This document shows positions 17,693-27,928 of a stretch of DNA of 64,000 nucleotides, one piece after another. Made by a program: the position numbers and the translations under genes. The notes beneath the pieces were generated by a model. It worked only from the letters and a program-made list of their open reading frames with translations, did not search any database and was not told where the DNA came from. How positions within the stretch are numbered: the first letter of the stretch is position 1; each line of letters opens with the position of its first letter. The DNA lies in NCBI GenBank assembly GCA_963811085.1, contig CAWEPV010000003.1, forward strand, positions 482,482 through 546,481. Reading direction: 5' to 3'. Origin of the DNA: an uncultured beta proteobacterium (GTDB lineage Bacteria > Pseudomonadota > Gammaproteobacteria > Burkholderiales > SG8-39).

Positions 17693-18306
17693 TCCGCGTG
17701 CTCGTCGCCGACGACCACAAGCTGGTGCGCGAAGGGCTGAAGCAGATTCTCGGCGCCGCGGCCGACGTCCAGGTCGCGGGCGAGGCGGCCAACGGCGACG
17801 AGGCGCTCGCGCTGGCGAAGGCGAACGACTACGACCTCGCGCTGCTCGACATGTCGATGCCGGGCCTGGCCGGGATCGAACTGATCAAGCGCCTCAAGCT
17901 CGAGAAGCCGGCCCTGCGCCTGCTGGTGCTGTCGATGCACGGCGAGCAGCAGTACGCGGCGCGGGCGCTCAAGGCCGGCGCCTCGGGCTACCTGACCAAG
18001 GACAGCGCCGCCGAGCAGCTGCTGCGCGCGATCCGCAAGGTCGCCGCCGGCGGCGTGCACATCAGCGAGGCGGCGGCGGCGAGCCTGGTCGAAGGCGGCG
18101 GCGCGCACGGCGCGCTGTCGGACCGCGAGTTCCAGGTCCTGCGCATGCTCGCGGGGGGGCACGGGCCAACCGAGATCGCCGACCTGCTCAACCTGTCGGT
18201 CAAGACGGTCAGCACCCACAAGGCCCGCATCCTGCAGAAGCTCGGCCTGGGCAGCACCGCCGAGCTGGTGCGCTACGCGATCGAAAACGGCCTGCTCGAA
18301 GGCTGA
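17689..18306 (+). CDS. NarL/FixJ-family response regulator (REC plus LuxR HTH)
   Basis: IRVLVADDH...LLDMSMPG receiver and LSDREFQVLRMLAGG...STHKARILQKLG HTH. 4-nt overlap with the kinase gene. Confidence 0.9.
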
Positions 18307-18393
18307 TTCTGACGCCGGGGTAAGAAAGCGCCTACAAGCAGATTCAGCCTCCGCCGATAGTGGGCGGCGCCCGGCGCGGGCAGACTGCGAAGC

Positions 18394-18783
18394 ATGCAAG
18401 CCGCAACCTCCGCCCTCAAGGTCTACCTGGTCGAGGACTCGCCCGCGATCCTGGAGCGGCTCGAGGCGCTGCTCGCCACGGTCGAGGGAGCGCACACGAT
18501 CGGGCGCGCGAGCTGCGCCTCGGAGGCGATCGAAGGCATCCTCGCCGGGCAACCCGACCTGGTAGTGCTCGACCTCAAGCTGGCCGAGGGAAGCGGCTTC
18601 GACGTGCTGCGCGCGGTGCGCGGCGCCGCGCCCGGCATCGACGTCTACATGCTCACCAACTTCGCCTCCGAGCCGTACCGGCGCCTCGCCGAGCGGCTGG
18701 GAGCGCGCAATCTGTTCGACAAAACCACCGAATTCGAGCGCGTGCGCGAGGCGATCGTCGACCGCGCGGCTCAAGCGCACTGA
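18394..18783 (+). CDS. Stand-alone response-regulator receiver domain protein
   Basis: 129 aa, KVYLVEDSP...PDLVVLDLKLAEGSGF, with no output domain. Confidence 0.8.
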   Translation: MQAATSALKVYLVEDSPAILERLEALLATVEGAHTIGRASCASEAIEGILAGQPDLVVLDLKLAEGSGFDVLRAVRGAAPGIDVYMLTNFASEPYRRLAERLGARNLFDKTTEFERVREAIVDRAAQAH

Positions 18784-18800
18784 TAACCGGGGAAACCGTC

Positions 18801-19577
18801 ATGAACTTCGCCACCGACCGGATGTACACCGCGGAAGTGGTCTCGCTGCACGCCGACGCGTCGCTCGCGCCGCGCAAGTTCGAGACCACCTGCTCCAACT
18901 GCAACCTGCGCGAGTTGTGCCTGCCGCAGGGATTGAACGACGAAGACCTGCAGCGCGTCGAGCAGATCGTGTACGCGCGCCGGCGCATGAAGCGCGGCGA
19001 GTCGCTGTTCAACGCCGGCGACGATTTCAACGCCGTGTACGCGGTGCGCAGCGGCTTCTTCAAGACCAGCGTGATCGACAACGAGGGACGCGAGCAGGTC
19101 ACCGGCTTCTCGATGGGCGGCGAGCTGCTCGGCATGGACGGCATCGGCTCGGGGCACTATAACGGCACCACCACCGCGCTCGAGGACAGCGAAGTGTGCG
19201 TGATGCCCTTCTCGCTGATCGAGGAACTGTCCTGGCAGGTGCGCGCGCTGCAGCGCCACTTGCACGCGGTGCTCTCGCGCGAGATCGTGCGCGACCACGG
19301 CGTGATGATGCTGCTCGGCTCGATGCGCGCCGAGGAGCGGCTGGCGGCGTTCCTGCTCAACCTTTCCAAGCGCTTCACCAAGCGCGGCTTCTCGCGCACC
19401 GACTTCCATCTGCGCATGACGCGCGAAGAGATCGGCAGCTATCTCGGCCTCAAGCTCGAGACCGTGAGCCGGCTGTTCTCCAAGTTCCAGGAAGACGGCC
19501 TGATCGAGGTGCAGCAAAAGCACGTGCGCATCCTCGACTCCGAAGCCCTCGAGCGGCTGCTCGGGCCCAAGAACTGA
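18801..19577 (+). CDS. fnr: Oxygen-sensing transcriptional regulator FNR/Anr
   Basis: N-terminal Cys cluster CSNCNLRELC plus a central Cys (SEVCVM), and HTH REEIGSYLGLKLETVSRLFSKF. Confidence 0.9.
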   Translation: MNFATDRMYTAEVVSLHADASLAPRKFETTCSNCNLRELCLPQGLNDEDLQRVEQIVYARRRMKRGESLFNAGDDFNAVYAVRSGFFKTSVIDNEGREQVTGFSMGGELLGMDGIGSGHYNGTTTALEDSEVCVMPFSLIEELSWQVRALQRHLHAVLSREIVRDHGVMMLLGSMRAEERLAAFLLNLSKRFTKRGFSRTDFHLRMTREEIGSYLGLKLETVSRLFSKFQEDGLIEVQQKHVRILDSEALERLLGPKN

Positions 19578-19578
19578 T

Positions 19579-20935
19579 TCAGAGCTCGACCGTCTGGCGC
19601 GGCGCCGGCACCGCGGCGCGCCAGCCGTAGCGCCGCTCGATCTCGTCGCGCAGCGAGTGCGCCGCGAGCGGTTCGCCGTGCACCACCCAGCACTGGCGCG
19701 GAGCGGCGCGGAAGTTCCCCAGCCAGCCCAGCAGCGCGTCGCGGTCGGCGTGCGCCGACAGCCCGCCGATGGTGAACAGCTTGGCCCGCACCGGGTAGGG
19801 CTCGCGGTACAGGTTGATGCGCTTCGCGCCGTCGACAATGCGCCGCCCGAGCGAGCCCGCGGCCTGGAAACCGACGAACACGATCGCGCATTCGGGGTGC
19901 GAGATGTTGTACTTCAGGTGGTGCTTGATGCGCCCGCCGTCGCACATGCCGCTGGCGGAGATGATCACCGCGCCCGAGCGGATCGAGTTGATGCGCTTGG
20001 AGTCCTCGACGTCCTCGGTAAAGTGCACCCGCCCGCCGGCGCCGCCTTTGAGCCATTCGTTCATCTTCAGCGACTCGCTGTCCTGCAGCTCGGGGTGCGC
20101 GAGCGTGATGCGCGTGGCCGCGACCGCCATCGGCGAGTCGACGTAGACGTCGAACGCCGGCACCCGCTTCTGGCGCCGGAGCTCGGAGATGAAGAACAGG
20201 ATGTCCTGCGTGCGCCCGACCGCGAAGGCCGGGATCACCACGTTGCCGCGCCGGCTGGCGAGAGTGTCGTTGAGCGCGAAGGCGAACTCGTCCAGGGTCT
20301 GGGTCAGGCTCTTGTGCAGGCGGTTGCCGTAGGTGGACTCGATGAGCAGCACGTCGGCCGCCGCGATCGGCGCCGGGTCGCGCACGATCGGGTGCCCCGG
20401 CTGGCCGAGGTCGCCCGAGAACACGATCTTGCTGCCGCCCGCCTCGACCTCGACGATCGCCGAGCCGAGGATGTGGCCCGCGTCGCGGAAGGTGCAGCGC
20501 ACCGAGGTGTGCGGGCGCGCCTCGGCCTCGTACTCGACCGGCACCAGGTGACTTCAGGCTCGCGACCGCCTCGGCCGCGGTATACAGCGGCGCGCGCCCG
20601 CGGCGGTCGTATTTCGCCTCGCGCTCCTGCAGGTGGCCGCTGTCGGGCAGCATCACGCCCAGCAGCTCGCAGGTCGCGCGCGTGGCGTAGACCGCGCCGC
20701 GAAAGCCCTGCGCGACCAGGCGCGGGATCAGTCCCGAGTGGTCGATGTGCGCGTGCGACAGCAGCACGAACGCGATCTCGCGCGGGTCGCAGGCGAAGGC
20801 ACGCCGGTTCTTCGCCTCGGCCTCGCGCCCGCCCTGGAACATGCCGCAGTCGATCAGAAACTTCAGCTCGCCGGTCTCGACCAGGTAGGACGATCCGGTG
20901 ACCTCCCCCGCCGCACCGAGGAAGGTCAGTCTCAC
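19579..20935 (-). CDS. MBL-fold beta-CASP metallo-hydrolase (RNA-processing type), 1-nt frame break near 20545-20552
   Basis: HAHIDHSG motif in the N-terminal frame. The beta-CASP part (GHILGSA, ESTYG, SAHAD) is in the frame of ORF 19579-20544. Total length is 3n+1. Confidence 0.85.
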
Positions 20936-21219
20936 TTCGCGAAGTGGTAGTGCGACTGGTCGAGGTAGGCGACCACGTCCTCGATGTCCTCGCGCGTGAA
21001 ACGAATGCCGGTGAGTCCCGCTCGGAGCGTCGTTTCCTTTCTCAGTTCATTCAGGGAATGGACCTCGGAACGCTCCGGCGCGCGATCGTGCACGTGCTCG
21101 TAGTGGCAGCCGAGGCAGAGCGTCTCGTAGAGCTGGCGCCCGCGGCGCGCATCCTGCGCCTGCGCGGGCAGCGCGGCCGCAAGGACCACGAGCAGGGTTA
21201 TGACGCTAGCGCGCGGCAT
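20932..21219 (-). CDS. Small secreted c-type cytochrome
   Basis: Signal peptide MPRASVITLLVVLAAALPAQA and one CLGCH haem-binding motif. Confidence 0.7.
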   Translation of the reverse strand: MPRASVITLLVVLAAALPAQAQDARRGRQLYETLCLGCHYEHVHDRAPERSEVHSLNELRKETTLRAGLTGIRFTREDIEDVVAYLDQSHYHFAK

Positions 21220-21469
21220 ATGGGTTCTCCCGGGTACGGTTTATATCCTTCGCGCCGCGCTGCAGGAAGCAGGTGAACGCGCTCGAGGCCGCGGCGAGGA
21301 TCCAGAATAAAAGAAACCCGACCGAGTAAACGTCGAGCCGGCTCAAGCTCGCACCTTTCCAGGGTATGGGAAGCTCGATCGGGTCGAAGACGGTGAAGAA
21401 CAGCACCTCGGCCACGCCCGCAACGATGAACGAGGGCCAAAGGATCCAAATCAACCTTTTCGCGTCCAT
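21206..21469 (-). CDS. Small two-TM membrane protein, unknown function
   Basis: 87-aa hydrophobic ORF packed between ccoH and the cytochrome c gene. Confidence 0.5.
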   Translation of the reverse strand: MDAKRLIWILWPSFIVAGVAEVLFFTVFDPIELPIPWKGASLSRLDVYSVGFLLFWILAAASSAFTCFLQRGAKDINRTRENPYAAR

Positions 21470-21503
21470 GTTTCCTCCTAGCGACTGCTTCTCAGCTGGC
21501 CTC

Positions 21504-22013
21504 TCAGCGCCTTTGGTGTTCCGGGTCCAGGGTGAAAGGCGCCTGGGCCCCGCTCCAGATTCCCGCCACGCGCCATTCGCGCTTCGGGTCCTCGATCGAC
21601 ACGTGCCAATGCCCCGCCGGCAGTGCCGGCGGCAGCGCCGCGCGGTAGCTGCCGTCCGCCCCGCGCGCGAGGCGCAGCGTGACGTCGAACCCGGCGCGCG
21701 TGGCGTGCGCCAGGTGCACGAACAGCGCCGGCGGCGCGGCCCGCCCCGCCAGCAGCACGCGCAGCGCGCCGCGCGCGGGCTCCACCGTGGCGCTGAGGCC
21801 CAGGCGCTCGGCCGCGTCCTCGCGCGCGAACACGCGGTTCACCGCCAGGCCCTGCTTGTAGTAGTCCTCGGCCACCAGCCCGTCCGAGGTCGTCACCGCG
21901 AGCCACAGCGTGACGAAGCCCGCGACCACCACCACGGCGGGCCCGGACATCAGGATCCACGGCCAGGGCTCGCGGTACCAGGGGCGGGAGACGTCTTCGG
22001 GGAGGCTTGCCAT
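21504..22013 (-). CDS. ccoH: cbb3 oxidase assembly protein FixH/CcoH
   Basis: N-terminus PWYREPWPWILMSGPAVVVVAGFVTL and its position after ccoG. Confidence 0.85.
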   Translation of the reverse strand: MASLPEDVSRPWYREPWPWILMSGPAVVVVAGFVTLWLAVTTSDGLVAEDYYKQGLAVNRVFAREDAAERLGLSATVEPARGALRVLLAGRAAPPALFVHLAHATRAGFDVTLRLARGADGSYRAALPPALPAGHWHVSIEDPKREWRVAGIWSGAQAPFTLDPEHQRR

Positions 22014-22021
22014 AAGGGGTC

Positions 22022-23452
22022 CTAACGCACGATGAACACCGACTTCTCTTCGACCTTGACGCGCGGGTCGCCGATCGCGCGCACCTCGAACTCGATCCGG
22101 TAGGTGCCGGGAGTCAGATGCTCCCGCTCGGCGTGCACCCGCACCTTGAGCGGGTCGATAAGGCTGGAGCCGGCGCCGACCTCGATCTCCGCCGGTCCCG
22201 CCAGGTGGATGTCGTGCAGCCCGCTGACCATGATCTCGTAGCGCTGCGCCTTCTCGGTGGTGTTGATGATCTGCAGCCGGTACACGTTCTCGATCTCGCC
22301 GCCGGCGACCTCGCGCGCGATCGCCGCGCGATCGCGGATCACGTCCAACTTGAGCGGCACGCGCAGGTAAAGGCTCACCCCGGCGGCGATCACGATCCCG
22401 GCCAGGATCGCAAGATAGACCAGCGAGCGGAGGCGGAACACGCGGCGGAACATCTGCGCGCGGCTGAGCTTGCGCTCCAGGGCGTGCTCGGTCGAGTAGC
22501 GGATCAGGCCGCGCGGGGTGCCCATCTTGTCCATCACCTGGTTGCAGCCGTCGATGCACGCGGCGCAGCCGATGCACTCGTATTGCAGCCCGTTCCTGAT
22601 GTCGATTCCGGTCGGGCAGACCTGCACGCAGACGCCGCAGTCGACGCAGTCGCCCAGTCCCCTGGCACGGTAGTCGATGTTGCGCGCGCGCGGGCCCCTG
22701 GGCTCGCCGCGCTCAGGATCGTAGGTGATGATCAGCGTGTCGCGGTCGAACATCGCGCTCTGGAAGCGCGCGTAGGGGCACATGTACTTGCACACCTGCT
22801 CTCGCATCCAGCCGGCGTTGCCGTAGGTGGCGAAGCCGTAGAACAGGATCCAGAAGGTCGCCCAGGACCCGGTCGAGCCGTGCCACACCTCGTGCCACAG
22901 ATCGCGGATCGGCGTGAAGTAGCCGACGAAGGTGAACCCGGTCCAGAGCGCGAGCGCAATCCAGACGGCATGCTTGGCGCTCTTGCGCGTAACTTTTGCA
23001 GGGCTGAGCTCGCTGCGATCCAGGCGGATGCGCTTGCTGCGGTCGCCCTCGATCAGCTTCTCGATCCAGAGGAAGATCTCGGTGTACACCGTCTGCGGAC
23101 AGGCGTAGCCGCACCACAGCCTGCCGGCGATCGCGGTGAACAGGAAAAGACTGAGCGCCGAAATGACCAGCAGGACCGTGAGGTAGATGATGTCCTGCGG
23201 CCAGAACACCAGGCCGAAGATGTAGAACTTGCGCTGCGCGATGTCGAACAGCAGTGCCTGGCGATCGTTCCAGGTCAGCCAGGCGCTGCCGTAGAACACC
23301 AGCTGCGTGGCCCACACCAGCGCCCAGCGCCAGGCCGCGAACCAGCCGCGCACCGCGCGCGGGTAGATCTTCTGCCGGACCTCGTACAGCGCCTGCTCGG
23401 CGCTGTCGCCGGGTTCCTGTCTTGTAATCACTTTGAGAGAAGGTTGAGCCAT
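22022..23452 (-). CDS. ccoG: cbb3 oxidase accessory 4Fe-4S protein CcoG/FixG
   Basis: Two ferredoxin motifs (CVDCGVCVQVCP, CIGCAACIDGC), membrane segments, 476 aa. Confidence 0.95.
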   Translation of the reverse strand: MAQPSLKVITRQEPGDSAEQALYEVRQKIYPRAVRGWFAAWRWALVWATQLVFYGSAWLTWNDRQALLFDIAQRKFYIFGLVFWPQDIIYLTVLLVISALSLFLFTAIAGRLWCGYACPQTVYTEIFLWIEKLIEGDRSKRIRLDRSELSPAKVTRKSAKHAVWIALALWTGFTFVGYFTPIRDLWHEVWHGSTGSWATFWILFYGFATYGNAGWMREQVCKYMCPYARFQSAMFDRDTLIITYDPERGEPRGPRARNIDYRARGLGDCVDCGVCVQVCPTGIDIRNGLQYECIGCAACIDGCNQVMDKMGTPRGLIRYSTEHALERKLSRAQMFRRVFRLRSLVYLAILAGIVIAAGVSLYLRVPLKLDVIRDRAAIAREVAGGEIENVYRLQIINTTEKAQRYEIMVSGLHDIHLAGPAEIEVGAGSSLIDPLKVRVHAEREHLTPGTYRIEFEVRAIGDPRVKVEEKSVFIVR

Positions 23453-23465
23453 GCCTTCCCGCGCC

Positions 23466-24383
23466 TCATTGCCCGGGAGGCGCGGCTCCGTGCGAGAGCG
23501 AGTACACGTAGGCGGCTAGGAGGTGGATCTTCGCGGGACCGAGGATGTCCTTCCAGGTCGGCATGTGGCCGTTGCGGCCTTTGGTGATGGTTTCGATCAC
23601 GGTCGGTTCGCCGCCGCCGTAGAGCCAGGTCTTGTCGGTCAGGTTGGGCGCGCCGACCGCGTGCATGCCCTTGCCGTCCGCGCCGTGGCAAGCGAAGCAG
23701 GTCTTGGCGAAGATCTCCCGGCCGCGCGCGACGCGGATGCTGTCCGCGGCACCGCCCGAGAGCGAGATCACGTAGTTCGCGACGTCCTTCACCCCCTCGG
23801 CGCCGAGCACCGGACCCCAGGGCGGCATGACGCCGTTGCGGCCGTTGGTGATGGTCTGTTCGATGGTCTTCGGCTCCCCACCGTAGAGCCAGTCGTTGTC
23901 GGTCAGGTTGGGAAAGCCGCGGCTGCCGCCGCCATCCGACGCATGGCACTGGGCGCAGTTGTTGAGGAACAGCTTCTGACCGATCGCGAGCGCGTCGGGG
24001 TTCTTCGCCAGCGCCACGATGTCCTGCGCGGCGAACTTGTCGAAGATCGGCCCGTACATCGCCTCGGCCCGCGCGTTTTCCTGCTTCAGCTGCCCGACCT
24101 CGCTCCAGCCTAGCAGCCCCTTCCAGCTGCCCAGCCCCGGGTACAGCGCGAGGTAGACCAGCGCGAACACGATGGTGAGGTAGAACAGCCACATCCACCA
24201 GCGCGGCAGCGGATTGTTGTATTCGCCCAGGTCCTCGTCCCAGGTGTGGCCGGTGGTCTCGCTGCCGCTGCCGGCGACCCGGCGCACGCTCTGCATCTTG
24301 AGGAACACGCCGCAGGCGACGACCGACACCAGTGTGATGACCGCGATGTAGATGTCCCAGAAGCTGCTGCTGAACTGGCTCAT
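23466..24383 (-). CDS. ccoP: cbb3-type cytochrome c oxidase subunit III (dihaem)
   Basis: Two CxxCH motifs (CAQCH, CFACH) and an N-terminal TM. Start at MSQFSSSFWD. Confidence 0.95.
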   Translation of the reverse strand: MSQFSSSFWDIYIAVITLVSVVACGVFLKMQSVRRVAGSGSETTGHTWDEDLGEYNNPLPRWWMWLFYLTIVFALVYLALYPGLGSWKGLLGWSEVGQLKQENARAEAMYGPIFDKFAAQDIVALAKNPDALAIGQKLFLNNCAQCHASDGGGSRGFPNLTDNDWLYGGEPKTIEQTITNGRNGVMPPWGPVLGAEGVKDVANYVISLSGGAADSIRVARGREIFAKTCFACHGADGKGMHAVGAPNLTDKTWLYGGGEPTVIETITKGRNGHMPTWKDILGPAKIHLLAAYVYSLSHGAAPPGQ

Positions 24384-24550
24384 TGGCGCGCCCCCTTCTC
24401 GTCGTCCGGCCGCTCGGGCTCGTCGAACACCATTCGGCCGTCCCGTTCGAAACGCTCGCGGCGCGCGGGCGCGTAGGCCCACCAGACGATGCCGAGGAAG
24501 ACGGCGAGCGAGGCCACCGTCCAGATGCTGTGAATCAGGATTGTGTCCAT
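24380..24550 (-). CDS. ccoQ: cbb3-type oxidase small subunit CcoQ
   Basis: 56-aa single-TM protein MDTILIHSIWTVASLAVFLGIVWWAY between ccoO and ccoP. Confidence 0.85.
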   Translation of the reverse strand: MDTILIHSIWTVASLAVFLGIVWWAYAPARRERFERDGRMVFDEPERPDDEKGARQ

Positions 24551-24560
24551 GAGTCTCCCC

Positions 24561-25181
24561 TTACGGCCGCGCGGCGCCGCGTCCCGCGACCCCGAGGTTC
24601 TGCAGGTAGGCAATCAGCGCGTCGAGCTCGGTCTTGTCCTTGAGCTCCTCCGGCGCCTTGGCGATGTCTTCGTCGCTGTACGGCACACCGACCATGCGCA
24701 GCGCGCGCATCTTGGCCTCAATGTCGGCCGCGTCGGCCGGGTTGCGCGCGAGCCAGGGGTAATCCGGCATGTTCGACTCGGGCACCACGTCGCGCGGGTT
24801 GTTGAGGTGGATGCGATGCCAGTCGTCCGAATAGCGCCCGCCCACGCGCCCGAGGTCGGGCCCGGTGCGCTTGGAGCCCCACTGGAAGGGGTGGTCGTAG
24901 ACGAACTCGCCGGCCACCGAGTACGGGCCGTAGCGCTCGACCTCGGCGCGGAACGGCCGGATCATCTGCGAGTGGCAGTTGTAGCAGCCCTCGCGGATGT
25001 AGACGTCGCGCCCGGTGAGCTGCAGCGCGGTGTAGGGCTTGAGGCCCTCGACCGGCTGGGTCACCGATTTCTCGAACGACAGCGGGACGATCTCGACCAG
25101 CCCGCCAACGCTCACCACCAGGATGATCAGGATGATGAGCAGCGCGCTGTTGCGCTCGATCATGTCATGCGTGAGTTTCAT
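24561..25181 (-). CDS. ccoO: cbb3-type cytochrome c oxidase subunit II (monohaem)
   Basis: CYNCH haem motif, [16 protein letters not shown] block, 206 aa. Confidence 0.95.
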   Translation of the reverse strand: MKLTHDMIERNSALLIILIILVVSVGGLVEIVPLSFEKSVTQPVEGLKPYTALQLTGRDVYIREGCYNCHSQMIRPFRAEVERYGPYSVAGEFVYDHPFQWGSKRTGPDLGRVGGRYSDDWHRIHLNNPRDVVPESNMPDYPWLARNPADAADIEAKMRALRMVGVPYSDEDIAKAPEELKDKTELDALIAYLQNLGVAGRGAARP

Positions 25182-25197
25182 CGCCGGCTCCTCTCGC

Positions 25198-26625
25198 TCA
25201 GGCGTGGGCCGCGACGGGGGCCGGGATCGGCGCGTCGACCGCCCTCGCGCCGCCAACTGTCTTCGCCACGTTGTAGACCATGACCAGCATGCCGGCGAAG
25301 TAGAACAGCCCGCCCAGCAGGCGGATGCCGTAGAACGGATAGGTCGCCTTCACGCTCTCGACGAAGCTGTAGGTGAGCATCCCGTCCGAGCCCACCGCGC
25401 GCCACATCAGGCCCTGCATCACCCCGGCGATCCACATCGCCGCGATGTAGAGCACGATGCCGATGGTGGCGATCCAGAAGTGCACGTTGATCAGGCGCGT
25501 GCTGTACATCTCGGAACGGCCGAACAGGCGCGGGATCAGGTAGTACATCGAGCCCATGGTCACCAGCCCGACCCAGCCGAGCGCGCCGCTGTGCACGTGG
25601 CCGATGGTCCAGTCGGTGTAGTGCGACAGCGCATTCACGGTCTTGATCGACATCATCGGGCCTTCGAAAGTCGACATGCCGTAGAACGACAGCGAGACGA
25701 TGAGGAACTTGAGGATCGGGTCGTCGCGCAGCTTGTGCCAGGCGCCCGACAAAGTCATGATGCCGTTGATCATCCCGCCCCACGACGGCGCGAGCAGGAT
25801 GAGCGAGAAGATCATGCCGATCGACTGCGCCCAGTCCGGCAGCGCGGTGTAGTGCAGGTGGTGCGGGCCGGCCCACATGTAGGTGAAGATCAGGGCCCAG
25901 AAGTGCACCACCGACAGGCGGTAGGAATACACCGGGCGCCCGGCCTGCTTCGGGATGAAGTAGTACATCATGCCGAGGAAGCCCGCGGTGAGGAAGAAGC
26001 CCACCGCGTTGTGGCCGTACCACCACTGCACCATCGCGTCCTGCGCCCCGGCGTAGACCGGGTAGGACTTCCACAGCGTGACCGGGACCTCGGCGCTGTT
26101 GACGATGTGCAGGATCGCCACCGTCAGGATGAACGCGCCGAAGAACCAGTTCGCGACGTAGATGTGCTGCACCTTCCGCTTGGCGATGGTGCCGAAGAAC
26201 ACGATCGCGTAGGCGACCCACACCACCGCGATCAGGATGTCGATCGGCCACTCGAGCTCGGCGTATTCCTTGCCGGTGGTGTAGCCCAGCGGCAGGGTGA
26301 TCGCGGCGAGCACGATGATCAGCTGCCAGCCCCAGAAGGTGAACGCCGCCAGCCCGCCCGAGAACAGGCGCGCGTGGCAGGTGCGCTGCACCACGTAGTA
26401 GGAGGTGGCGAACAGCGCCGAGCCGCCGAAGGCGAAGATCACGGCGTTGGTGTGCAGCGGCCGCAGCCGGCTGTAGGTCAGCCACGGCGTGTCGAAGTTG
26501 AGCGCCGGCCAGATCAGCTGCGCGGCGATCAGCACGCCGACCAGCATCCCGACCACGCCCCATACCACGGTCATGATCGCGAATTGGCGTACGACCTTGT
26601 AGTTATACGTGTTTTCGGCTTGCAT
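25198..26625 (-). CDS. ccoN: cbb3-type cytochrome c oxidase subunit I
   Basis: 12-TM haem-copper oxidase with blocks [15 protein letters not shown] and [15 protein letters not shown]. Start at [10 protein letters not shown]. Confidence 0.95.
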   Translation of the reverse strand: MQAENTYNYKVVRQFAIMTVVWGVVGMLVGVLIAAQLIWPALNFDTPWLTYSRLRPLHTNAVIFAFGGSALFATSYYVVQRTCHARLFSGGLAAFTFWGWQLIIVLAAITLPLGYTTGKEYAELEWPIDILIAVVWVAYAIVFFGTIAKRKVQHIYVANWFFGAFILTVAILHIVNSAEVPVTLWKSYPVYAGAQDAMVQWWYGHNAVGFFLTAGFLGMMYYFIPKQAGRPVYSYRLSVVHFWALIFTYMWAGPHHLHYTALPDWAQSIGMIFSLILLAPSWGGMINGIMTLSGAWHKLRDDPILKFLIVSLSFYGMSTFEGPMMSIKTVNALSHYTDWTIGHVHSGALGWVGLVTMGSMYYLIPRLFGRSEMYSTRLINVHFWIATIGIVLYIAAMWIAGVMQGLMWRAVGSDGMLTYSFVESVKATYPFYGIRLLGGLFYFAGMLVMVYNVAKTVGGARAVDAPIPAPVAAHA

Positions 26626-26689
26626 GTGAGTGCACGTCTCCCTGAATGGGTGCCCCGGGAGAATCGTAAGGTCCACTACAGCGAACCGT

Positions 26690-26703
26690 TTGACCTACGT
26701 CAA
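26690..26703. promoter_or_regulatory. FNR box TTGACCTACGTCAA upstream of ccoN
   Basis: Perfect palindrome, 21 nt from TACGAT (-10, minus strand, plus coordinates 26663-26668). Confidence 0.75.
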
Positions 26704-26735
26704 ACCGTCGAAAGGCTGACGCGACGGAAAGCCGA

Positions 26736-27710
26736 CTAAGGCAGAAGCACCGCGGCGCCTTCGAGCCGGCCTTCGCGCAGGTCGGCGAGCGCCTCGTTCG
26801 CCTGCGCGAGCGGATAGGACTTCGTCTCGATGCGGATCGGCGTGTCGCCGGCGATGCGCATGAACGCCTCGCCGTCGGCGCGCGTGAGGTTGGCGACCGA
26901 CTGCACCCGGCGCTCGCCCCACAGCAGCGCGTAGGGAAACGACGGGATGTCGCTCATGTGGATGCCGCCGCACACCACGCGGCCGCCCTTTTTGACTGCC
27001 GCCAGCGCCTGCGGCACGAGCGCGCCGACCGGGGCGAAGATGATCGCCGCGTCGAGCGGCTCGGGCGGCGCCTGGTCCGAGCCGCCGGCCCAGTCCGCTC
27101 CGCAAGCATGGGCGAATTTCATTCCGGATTCGTCTCCCGGTCTAACGAAAGCAAACACTCTTTTCCCCTGCGCTTTCGCCAACTGCGCGAGCAGGTGCGC
27201 CGCGGCGCCGAAGCCGTACAGGCCTAGCGTGCGCGCATCGCCGGCGAAGGCGTAGGAACGGTATCCGATCAGCCCGGCGCACAGCAGCGGCGCGGCCTCG
27301 GCGTCGCTGTAGCGCTCGGGCAGCGCGAAGCAGAAGCGCTCGTCGGCGAGCGCGTACTCGGCGTAGCCGCCGTCGAGCGTGTAGCCGGTGAAGCGCGCCC
27401 GCGCGCACAGGTTTTCGCGCCCGCTCGCGCAGTACTCGCACTTGCCGCAGGTCCAGCCGAGCCACGGCACGCCGACCCGCGCGCCGGCAGCAAAGCGCGT
27501 CCCGCCGCGCGCGACGCGCCCGACGATCTCGTGCCCGGGAACGAGCGGGTAGCGGCCTTCGCGCAGGTCGCCGTCGACCACGTGCAGGTCGGTGCGGCAC
27601 ACGCCGCAGGCGGCGACCTCGATCAGCACCTGCCCCGACCCCGGCTGGGGCACCGGCACCCGCTCCGCGCGCAGCGCCTCGCGCGGCGCGTGCAGCCGCA
27701 TCGCCAGCAT
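26736..27710 (-). CDS. Zinc-dependent alcohol dehydrogenase family protein
   Basis: CGVCRTDLH and GHEIVG zinc motifs. Start at MLAMRLHAP. Confidence 0.9.
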   Translation of the reverse strand: MLAMRLHAPREALRAERVPVPQPGSGQVLIEVAACGVCRTDLHVVDGDLREGRYPLVPGHEIVGRVARGGTRFAAGARVGVPWLGWTCGKCEYCASGRENLCARARFTGYTLDGGYAEYALADERFCFALPERYSDAEAAPLLCAGLIGYRSYAFAGDARTLGLYGFGAAAHLLAQLAKAQGKRVFAFVRPGDESGMKFAHACGADWAGGSDQAPPEPLDAAIIFAPVGALVPQALAAVKKGGRVVCGGIHMSDIPSFPYALLWGERRVQSVANLTRADGEAFMRIAGDTPIRIETKSYPLAQANEALADLREGRLEGAAVLLP

Positions 27711-27717
27711 GGAACCC

Positions 27718-27781
27718 GAGAAATCGGGGTCAGAGTCCATTTTCAGGACTTCGGAAAATTAGACTCTGACCCCGATTTCTC
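27718..27781. repeat. 20-bp perfect inverted repeat (gagaaatcggggtcagagtc / gactctgaccccgatttctc) with a partly self-pairing 24-nt spacer
   Basis: Read directly. Spans the ccoS stop codon and fills the gap to the adh start. Confidence 0.9.
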
Positions 27782-27928
27782 CTGCGGCCGGTCGTCGTCG
27801 GCGAGCAGGTCCTGCGACGCACGGTCGAGGTCGTCGAACTGGCCGCTCTCGATCGCGCGCCAGAACGCCCAACCGATCACGAATACGAATACGAGCGAGA
27901 CCGGGACGAGGATGTAGAGGCTTTCCAT
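27743..27928 (-). CDS. ccoS: cbb3 oxidase maturation protein CcoS
   Basis: MESLYILVPVSLVFVFVIGWAFWRAIESGQFDDLD is a typical CcoS/FixS. The last ~12 codons are encoded by the palindromic element. Confidence 0.85.
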   Translation of the reverse strand: MESLYILVPVSLVFVFVIGWAFWRAIESGQFDDLDRASQDLLADDDRPQEKSGSESNFPKS

